Of a stretch of DNA of 64,000 nucleotides, positions 53,851 to 64,000 are shown piece after piece. The number at the start of each line of letters is the position of its first letter. Positions within the stretch are counted from its first letter, which is position 1. The stretch lies in NCBI RefSeq assembly GCF_009914755.1, contig NC_060939.1; one strand, written 5' to 3'. This DNA is from the human T2T-CHM13v2.0 reference genome, Homo sapiens. The notes beneath the pieces are model-generated. The model worked only from the letters and a program-made list of their open reading frames with translations. It searched no databases and had not been told where the DNA came from. The position numbers and the translations under genes were made by a program.

Positions 53851-55207
53851 CTGTCTCCGGGGGTTCCTAATAAAGTTTATAAGGCAACAGGAAAGAACAC
53901 GTTAAAATCACAAGTAGATTTAGAAGATGGAGCACTCATTACAATTCATGTTATCTTCCATTTCTTCTTATAGCATTTGAGACCTGTATCAGTATTACTG
54001 GATTACTTGCTTATTATAGAAACAATAAGTGTTGATGTTTCATAAGAGCCTGGGGTATTCTGTGTGGCTTAGTTTTGTGCAGTGATGAATCCTTAAGGAA
54101 TTCAATATGCTTGGTGGAAAAAACGGTTCCAACCCATGTCTGTGACACAGAATAAAGGTCAGGATTATAGCCTCAAACACATCTAGATTCATGTTTCATT
54201 TTGGTTCATTTTTATCCTGATCTTCAATTTAGAAGTTCATGTCAGGGTTTCAGCAAAAATTCAAGGAGCACAGATCAGTTTTCTATGACTTCCCTTTCCA
54301 CTCACAGTAACAGAATGTATAAAGCAAATCCTCCATACCAGCTGCATGGATACTGAGTCAGTGAGCTTTGTACAAACCTTGGATATAGGACTAAATATAT
54401 CTCATGAAGGTAATATAATGTTGACTGAACTCTTGAATTTCCTGTTATAGGTTAACTTGTCAGTGGAGGTTGGTAATATTTAGAATAAGCCAACAATCGG
54501 AAAGTAATATCATAGCCTAATTGACTGTGGCAGGAAGTTTGGGATTATGATATAGAAAACATTTTTTCTGGTACATAACAGCCTTCTTTGGTTGGTTTTG
54601 ACCTCTTCCTTATAGAAAAGCCTGTGAAGTATGTGTGAGTTCATTCTGAGTTCTCTCAACAAACAAAATACTTTGTGAGCACTGCTTTCTGGAAAGAGAA
54701 CTACTGTTCTCAATGTTTTGGAGGAGAAAAGGTGTAAGCAAATGGTTTAAACAGGTAGTCATGAAAGCTTCCCCTTACTGTGTCTAGAAGTCATTGCCAC
54801 ATTGCTTACAGGTGAATGCATAGTGACAGGGTCGCCAACAGCAACATCAGAGAGGTGATGACACAGGAGAGGGTCCTGTAATGTTGGAGTCCTGGCTTCT
54901 GGAGTTACATAATGGATCCTGTCTCTGGAATCCTTCTCCATTGAGAAGCGATCTGTGTGTGTTGGCAGGTGCTCTGTCAGGCGGGTTTCAAGATGCTGCC
55001 CCAATCAGTCCCTCCTTCACACAGCTAGAGAACACCGGCTTTGGTTTTGAGTCCAGTTACATTGTTTGACTGAAATGGCAAATGGCCATGGAAAAGAGAC
55101 AGCAAGTTATTACGAACAAAGAAAAACATGGTTTCAAAAGGACCTGCAGACGAAGCCCAGTTGTTTGAATTGATGTGATTTTCTTGTTTCTTTGGGTGAC
55201 TTTGTCA

Positions 55208-55842
<635 letters not shown>

Positions 55843-58800
55843 GAAAAGCAAGTATGGGAGACTCCCCTCCAGGGTAGACCAGTAGGTCCTTGTCAGATCC
55901 TTCACAGACACAGAAAGGGGGCTTAAGATGTAGGGAGTTTATCTGATACATCTTGGGAAGAACCCTGTTATCTTTTGTCTGTGCTTTCTGTATCGACATT
56001 CAAGGGCCCCTTAAACAGAAATAGTGATTAAAAGATTATTTCAGTGGCGTTGCTTTCCATTTTGAACACAAAAGTAAAGCAATGGATACTATGGGAAAAC
56101 TACTCCCAAGATACTAATCATGCAGGTGCGGACCTTTTCCAGCAGACACTGCATGAACTCGCGCGTATTCCTCGGATGCGGAGGGTGTGGTCCCTCCCCA
56201 GTCACAGGCACAGCCATTTGGCAGTTTCTCTGCCACCCATTTTGCCTGTTTAAGGTCTCTCTGGAGCTTTCCCTGAGACAAGGCCAGCTGTCCATGCCTG
56301 GCTCTTAGCAGTTCCAGTTGTTCTGGGAGGTGTACCTTTTGTTTGAACTAATAAAGGTGGGAGTCCTGAAGCCACCCCATCCATGGGTCCTCCAGAGGAG
56401 AAGCTGATCTAACCTTTGCACAGTTTGGGGCTTTGCGTACAGGCTAAGGCCTCCCTCAAGGCACCTCTCAGTTCAATACCAGAAGCAAACTAGTAGCAGC
56501 CAAACTTGCAACAACAAAAAAAAAGAGAAATGTGGCTGCCTGCTCCACTCCGGCTTCCAACTGGCAGGAAAATGCCTCACTCCTGTTGTGGGAGTTCTAG
56601 ACACTGGCCTCCTTTTTTCCCTCAAGGACATTTAAATTAAATGCAAAATGTTCACACTTTAAAAAATATATATCCAAGAGGGTTTTTTTAAAGTTTCTGA
56701 TGCACTATGACCTTATTTTTAGTAGCAGGCATTCTGCAAGACTCTGAGTAACACAGAGCAAAGCCTGAGACCCCACTGGAAAGATGACACGGCTGGTTCT
56801 TCAGTTTGTGGAGCCAGTTGTGAGAAGGGCGACCATTGTGTTTTTAGCTCTCAACAAAGCATTCCCTCAAAGTAAGTTAAGTTTTCAGGGAGGGAGGCAA
56901 GCCCTTTGGCCATCTCCTATGCATGCCTTATGCTCCTTCACCTTCAAGTTCATTGGCGGAAGGAGCTGTGGGGTTGCAGGGCATAAGAAAAGGCCAAGAA
57001 AAAGACCATGGGAGGACATTCTCTTCCCCTGCCCAACACTTGCCCAGGACCTGACAAGGACAGTGAGCAGGGGAAGTGGGTAAGGACGTTGAGGAGGAGC
57101 GGGGGCAGTGGGGGATGTTGGTAAGGATATTGAGGAGGAGGTCAAGAGAAATCAGAAGAGAAAAGGTAGTTCCTGCTTATTTTAGTCACCGCCTTCTAAG
57201 AGAAGTTTAATTTGGAACTGTCCATGTCTAGGCAAAAGGACCAGGAAGGTTGAGTTGCTCCTCAAGTGACAGAAAACTGAGTAACTGATACCTGGAGAAA
57301 GGGCAGCGAAGACTCCACAGTCACATAGTCAAAGTACAGAACAGTGACTACCACCCGGATTGTCCCACTCCTGGTTGGGTGCTGAGAGAGGAGCTGGTGC
57401 CCATCTATGCTGTTTGGTACCTGACGCTTACTGATTTGTGGGTTTTACTTATAATGAATTTAGGCTGTAATCAGAAATAGCAAGAAGAATTTTTATTGGA
57501 ATTATGGATACATAACAGGGTTTAGACAGAGAAACAGATTAATTTAGCCCCAAACCTGAAAAAAACAATTTTTGATAATGAAATTGCTAATAGTTTTTGA
57601 GCATCTCCTGTGAGTCAGCCATGCTTTACATATACTAATCACGTGCTTGTAATGACTCCATCAGATAGGTTAGGAGGGGAAGTAGGCTTAGAAGATGAAT
57701 GAATTAGTGTGAAGACCATGTTCTCAGAATCCATGAAAGGCCAAATGTCAAAAGAAACACGAGGAAAGGCTGTCCCTTTTACCTTCTCCACTTTCCACAC
57801 CACTTCCCCTACCACCACCATTTCCTCTTCCAGGGGACATATAGCTACTGAAACTTTAAACCCATCAGAGCAACATAAAGGGGTCCCAAATACTCTCCCA
57901 ACTGGGAAACAGGGGAAGGGAGCCAACCCAATATATAGCCTTTCCCAAGAGGGATCTCACCAGACCACTGACTTTTTAAAGGGTGAGCAAGGAAGGTCAG
58001 CATGCAGGGAAGAGGTCAACTACAGGGTACTCAGACCTTTCTAGAAGCTACCAAAAAGCCCAGGTAGGGATAAATCTGTCCTCAGCAAGAGTTGGCCAGA
58101 CAGCCCAGGAAAGACGATTGCTTAGAGCTGATGGGCACCTGGCCAAATAGCCTTTTCAAATGAAGGGGAAGGGGGAAAAGAACAGTATATCAAAGGAGAA
58201 GTTAATTCAGCATGCAGAGGCAGCAACAAACACCTTCATTAGGCAGAGTAGAAGCTTAGTTTGTACATCTGTTCACTCTTTTTCCCAGTGCTGTCTTGTT
58301 ACATAAGAGTGCCTCTTGGTAAAATGCCACTGTGTTTACATTTGTATGTCCATGCATGACTAAATGTCACAAACTGTGAATTCCAGTTGAAGGCTGCAAG
58401 TAGAGTGTACAATTAACAACTCAAGGCCTCAAACAGGGCAGGAACTTGCTCATAGCTGTGTATGCATCTGTCCACCAGGGCTCAGGAGTGGATGCTAATG
58501 ATGTGGATGCTTACTCTGTGTATTTCTCCTTCTCCTACCTTGTGCGTTGTGCTCTGGCTGAACTCTGGAACTTGGGAAATGCATTTTGAATGGATATATT
58601 CATTCAGCAAATGTTGATCATCACATGGGCTCCTCTGCCTGATTTTGTGCTAGAGAAACATAGGTTGAATAAAACACAGTCTCACCCTGGAGGGGATCAC
58701 AGGCTGGTAGGTTTAAGTTAAATGGTGTTTGTTTTCCTGAGTCCAGGCCAGCATTTCCTACAGAGTAGTGTGTAACCACCTCTGTAAGAAATACAGATTC

Positions 58801-58909
58801 CTGACTCCCACCCCAGACCTACCAAAACAGCATCTGCATCTTTAACCAGATCCTCAGGTGATTCTGCAGTGAGGGCTATCCATTTATTTATTTATTTATT
58901 TATTTTTCT

Positions 58910-59790
58910 TTAAAATTTTTTTCTGTTTGGTTTTTGAGGGTACATAGTAGGTATATATATATAATATATATTATATATATATAATACATGAGATGTGTTG
59001 TTACAGGCATTGTATTAGCTTGTTCTCACACAACTAATATAGACATACCCAGGACTGGGTGATACATAAAGAAAAGGTTTAATTGACTCACAGTTCCACA
59101 TGGCTGGGGAGGCCTCACAATCATGGCGGAAAGCGAAGGGGAAGCAAGATACATCTTATATGGCGGCAGGCAAGCGGGCTTGTGTAGGGGAACTCCCCTT
59201 TATAAAACCAACAGATCTCATGAAACTTACTCACTATCACGAGAACAGCACAGGAAAGACCTGCCCCCATGATTCAGTTACCTCCCACCAGGTCCCTCCC
59301 ATGACATGTGGGGATTATGGGAGCTACAATTCAAGATGAGATTTGGGTGGGGACACAGCCAAACAATATCAGGCATGCAATGTGAAATAAGCACATCATG
59401 GAGAATGGGGTATCCATCCTCTCAAGCATTTATCCTTTGTGTTACAAACAATCCAATTACACTGTTCTAATTATTTTAAAATGTACAATTAAGTTATTGA
59501 CCATAGTCACCCTGTTGTGCTGTCACATGTAGTAGGTCTTATTCTATTTTTTTGTACCCATGAACCATCCCTACCTCCCAGCCCCTCACTACCCTTCCCA
59601 GCCTCTGGGAGCCATCCTTCTACTCTCTATGTCCATGAGTTCAATTGTTTTGATTTCTGGATCCCACAAATAAGTGGGAACATACAATGTTTGTCTTTCT
59701 GTGCCTGGCTTATTTCACTTAACATAAGGATCTCCAGTTCTAGCCATGTGGTTGCAAATGGCAGGATCTCACTCTTTTTTATGGCTAAAG
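58910..59790 (-). mobile_element. L1MA-like 3'UTR fragment (split by THE1)
   Basis: Same family motifs as 31615-32130 (gggtacatagtagg, caagcatttatcctttgtgttaca, tctgtgcctggcttatttcacttaa). Confidence 0.82.
59011..59371 (-). mobile_element. THE1 (MaLR) solo LTR nested in L1
   Basis: TG...CA termini, 361 bp, THE1 motifs (aattgactcacagttccacatggctggggaggcctcacaatcatggc; gagatttgggtggggacacagccaaac); 5-bp TSD ggcat at 59006-59010 and 59372-59376. Confidence 0.92.
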
Positions 59791-61789
59791 ACTATCAATT
59801 TATCCTGTTTAATGAAATTGTTTTCTAAAGTTCCTTGCTTTAGCTTGATGCCAGTAGTTATAGAGAAACATAAATAGCCACATGCACAGGATTAGTCATA
59901 ATCTTTAAAAGATTATTTTAGCGGGTCTTTACATGATCCAATTGTGGAAAGAATGAAACACCCAGAAGCGAGGATTCCGTTATCCCCTTTATAAACCAGA
60001 AGGAGAGATCTGACTGACCCTGGTCAGGTCAGTAACATCTCAGCTAAAGAGGGCCTTAAGACACCAACCAGGTGAGCCTCTCTGGTGAGAAGGTGAGAAT
60101 GAGAGCTCCAGGAGAGGGCCCAGCCTGCAGATTCTTCCCCGGAGTCACTGTGCACCATGTTGTTCTTCTTAGTCTCCCCAGTCTCTCAGCTGCAGTGGGG
60201 ACTGTTCCATTAACAAATTCTGCATTTTAATTGGGATTCTTTTATTTAGGAAAGTCCTTTGAAGACCAAGCCAATTCTGTTTCCTTCTTGTGATATGGTT
60301 AAGTGTGTGTCCTTCCTACCTTCTCCCCTATTCCATTCTGCATGCTAATGGGAGCTGGAACTGATGGGGCACCTGGGTTTTTGACCATGTCTCCTTGGCT
60401 TGGAGAGATGCCATTTTCTCTAAGGCTAGAAGTTGTATGGTATGAGGACACGTTAAGTATTGGTGTCTGATTTCAGCAGTAGAGGTAGGGTGGGCAGTGC
60501 GTCTTAGTCATAAACCTGGCATACAGGAAAATAGGGACACAGCAGTCAGAAGGCAGGTTTCATCAGGGTACTCTGCCCAAACTGTAGTATCTAACATTAG
60601 CCCTCCATCCCTGTGCCATCCCAGTCAGCCTTTCTAGGGAGAATCTTAATACTTTCTTATCAGAGCAAATGTCTCCCAGAGATAAGAACTTCTGCCGTAT
60701 CTGTTTTAAAGCATAGAGATGTTGTGGGAAGAAAAATAAAAATTCGTCAAAGAACATTACAACAGTTGCCATTACCAGAAAAATCTGTGGGTGTCAAAAA
60801 TATTTCCAAGTTGAATATCTATTATTACAAGCTTGTGTTTAAAAAAAAAAAAAAACTCCAGGCAGCGGAAGATGTGGGAGAGGCTCGTAAAATCAGTTGT
60901 GATGAGATGATCCTATCAGATCTACCCCTGCTAAAGACGTAGCACTTAATTTTAAAGAAATTCCATTTTTGAAAATCTTAAAATTTGGGAAATAAAAAGT
61001 CTGACAGAGTATTCCACACTGTAAAGTGGACTCGGGCGTGGAACCCATAGAGTAGCTGAGGACACCTGAGGCAAGAGCGTGAGAGACTTCAGGAGCCGCC
61101 ATGAAGAGCTCCCACAAGCCTCCGTTTCCTCATCTGCAAAATGAGATGAGGAGTTTGGAGTCAAAAATTCTGTGATTTCCCTGGTGCTTTAATCTGTTAT
61201 GTGCCTGACATTCTTTGGCAGAATGAATTTCCAGAAAAGCTCTTAATCTCACGGTTATTAAAATATACATTATTTATATATTTAATATATATAAATTAGA
61301 GCCTACTATAATTTATTTGGGGACTGACTACACAAGAGTTCCTTTTATACGAGAGTGTCTTACAATGGATCATTTCCGTATTTCAGTCACCAAATTCTAT
61401 ACTCCACCAGTCCAAAATGAGTCCAGTAGAACTAAATTCATGTCTGTCCTGAATACTCTTAGAGCAAGACTTGGTCAGCAATAAGAAAGAATGCACAAGT
61501 CTGTCTCAGAACTTCTGAAATGCTACCATCATTCAGATCCATTACAAGTGCATTGAAATTGTATTTTGATAATGTAGGTTATAAAGAAAAAGGATTAGCA
61601 CCTTTCATGGTTCAAGATGTGGCATTATGAATGGAGAGCTGGAGAAGACTTGTATCCCTCCTGTCTGACGTTTCACATGGGAGCGTTAGCAAGCTGACTT
61701 TGAACCTCTGGCACAAACCGTTTCTCACTGATGCCCCAAGGGGTGGCTTTGGCTAGTTAAAGTGCCTCATTTTGGAGTCAGATTTAGGT

Positions 61790-61990
61790 TTAGATTCTGG
61801 TTTAGATGCTTCATGCTGCCACATCACCTTGGCCCAATCATCTACCTTCCTGAGCCTGGGTTTTCTCACTGTAAAAATAAGGATAAAGATAATTCCAATA
61901 TACGATCTTTTTTTTTTTTTTTTTTGGTGAGAATTAAGTCATTGTATGTAGAAGTGCCTAACAAAATACTTGGTACACAGTAGGCACTCT
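61790..61990 (+). mobile_element. MIR SINE
   Basis: ggagtcagatttaggtt...ctgtaaaaataaggataa...tggtacacagtaggcactc. Confidence 0.6.
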
Positions 61991-62048
61991 TAAAAATCTA
62001 CTACTGTTGGCACAAAGTGTGAATGTCCGTAATGCCACTGAATTGTAC

Positions 62049-63119
62049 ACTTAAAATTGGATAAAAGGGTAAGTTTTGTGTTACATATATTTTACCACAC
62101 ATACAGAGAAAAGTATTGCTGGGCCTGGCCATCATCTCTCAATGCCTGAAAGGTACCACCCACATCTTCAACACTGTGTGACCTGAGGGCAGCTTAACCA
62201 AATTGACCTAGAGTCACGGAATGTTGTCACACAGGTCTAATCTGACCACCCCCGGCAAAACTGTGATGCTCCAACCCATGAGCCTGGGACCACAGTCTTT
62301 ATACTTGTTCCACTTCTCCAAAGCTTCTTTTCAACTTCCTGAGTTGTTTTAGCAGCAAAGGAGATGGTGGTGAATTTAGACCAGAACCCTAATGGTCTGA
62401 TAACACCTACACAGTGGTGTCCAGTGTTCTTCCCAAGGTGGATCCCGTGCCTCGGGTGTCCAGAGGACAGAACAAGCTCCACCTTGATGTCGTGTTGCCC
62501 TGGTTTCTTTTTCACCACTGGGCAATGTGTGCTTGGTCTATAACTCTCTCAGTGCTCAGCCACAGAAATGCCAGTGCTGTTTGGCTTTGATTTTTACCCA
62601 GGAAAAAGACAACTTTTCAGAACTGGTAGCCATCTTTCCTTTTTTTTTTTTTAAAGTCCATTTTTGAGGCTTAGGCTCTAGAAGAGAGTAAGTGCTATGA
62701 TCTACTGTTTTGATTTTATTATTTTGGTTTCAGTTATTGATGTTGCTAAAACCATTTGAGTGTATTTTGTTCACAGTGAGTGTATATCTTTAAAGATTTT
62801 GTTCCAGAAAATGAGTCTGTCTGCAAATTTCCGTGGGATGTCAAGCTAACGGCTTTTTCCTTTTGGAGTTAGGGGGAAGGGGCTGCAGGTGGAGAGGCAT
62901 CCTGACCTTTCTATCCTGGTATTGCTGTTGTACAACAGTGTCAGTGTATTAATACTTAACATTAGGTAAAAGGGTAAATTTTGTGTTATATATATTGTAC
63001 CACACATACAAAGAAAACTATTGCTGTGCCTGGCCATTGTCTCTTAATGCCTGAAAGGTACCAGCCACATCTTCCACACTGTGACCCGAGGGTGGCTTAA
63101 CCAAACTGACTTAAGAGTC
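62049..63119 (+). repeat. ~167-bp dispersed direct duplication (62049-62215 and 62954-63119)
   Basis: Manual alignment about 87% identical; an L1M-like 3' end plus about 110 bp of unique flank. Confidence 0.92.
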
Positions 63120-63304
63120 CTGAAAGTTTGCACAGGGGACCTGTCATCTGCTTCTTGTTAAGGAACCATCCCATTTCAGGTGTGGTTTGTCAACAAAAAA
63201 CAATAGGCAGGTGAAGAGCCAGGTGACCCGGCAGTAAGTAGTTTGGAAGAAAGAGCCCTTTGTGGATATGAATTGAATGTGATGCTGTTTTCTTTTGGTT
63301 ATAG

Positions 63305-63430
63305 CAAGCGGATGAGACCCTGGACTTTGAGGAACAGATCTTGGAAGCTGCTAAATCCATTGCTGCTGCCACAAGCGCCCTGGTCAAATCGGCCTCAGCA
63401 GCCCAGAGGGAGCTGGTGGCCCAAGGAAAG
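63305..63430 (+). CDS. TLN2: Talin-2 coding exon (window exon 14), R13 I/LWEQ (THATCH) actin-binding domain; QADETLDFEEQILEAAKSIAAATSALVK...AQGK
   Basis: ttttggttatag| acceptor, AAG|GTGGGT donor; 126 nt. ILEAAKSIAAATSALVK is the first block of the I/LWEQ module. Confidence 0.97.
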
Positions 63431-64000
63431 GTGGGTAAAGCCGCTGACCACATGCGGGACACTCAACGTACGAGAGCCTCAGGGGGCCCAGGAAAAGAGC
63501 TACAAGCTTTTGTCCTGACCAAGGAAACACATGCGGTGCCTTCCCTCCCTGAATTGCCACTCTCTGTGCTGACCGACTGAAAACTACAGCCTGCAGACCA
63601 ACAGAATAAGAGGTTTGGCTTCTGGGCCTCTCATCTGCTTCTTGTTAAGGAAAGCATCCCATTCCAGGCAGTGACTGGGGCCTGAACGAGATATTTATAT
63701 TCCCACTGTACATTAGGCTACGTAAAGATGTAAACTGTCATATTTTCCTGGTGGGCCGCTCTAGAAGCACCGCATTCGGCGGCTTTTATGATACCACTTT
63801 CCAGCTCCAAAGGGTTCCGTTTGTTTTTAGGACTGTCGAGCTGAATACTGGCCAGCTTCGCAGTTAGCACTTTCCTAAGTCTGCTGGTGAATGGGCCAGT
63901 CAGATTTTAAATCTGAAATTTCTTCAGCTTTATCTCTAGTCACCCATTCCATCTACTTTAGCATAAAAGTATAGTGTTTTTTGTTTTTTTTGAGGATTCA

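Overview
Human genomic DNA: an internal 64-kb segment of TLN2 (talin-2), transcribed on the + strand. Fourteen coding exons (460-63430) can be delimited by AG/GT splice sites. They join into one uninterrupted 644-codon frame covering the C-terminal rod, from mid-R9 through R10, R11 and R12 to the start of R13 (I/LWEQ actin-binding domain; roughly residues 1730-2375). The large intron after window-exon 13 hosts MIR190A. The rest is intron with typical primate repeats: about 17 Alu/FLAM elements (one a near-perfect AluYa5), L1MA fragments, a THE1 solo LTR nested in an L1, MADE1, MER53, MIR/L2, a probable L3/CR1 relic and microsatellites. I found no independent protein-coding gene and cannot establish a new biological system from the sequence alone. 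The most unusual unexplained signals are: (i) a recurring set of locally templated duplication/inversion scars, several forming long pre-mRNA hairpins; (ii) a cryptic 3' splice site plus AATAAA bracketing the miR-190a hairpin; (iii) T17 and (TG)10 tracts at the acceptors of frame-preserving exons. Repeat subfamily names and residue numbers are from recognition, not computation.
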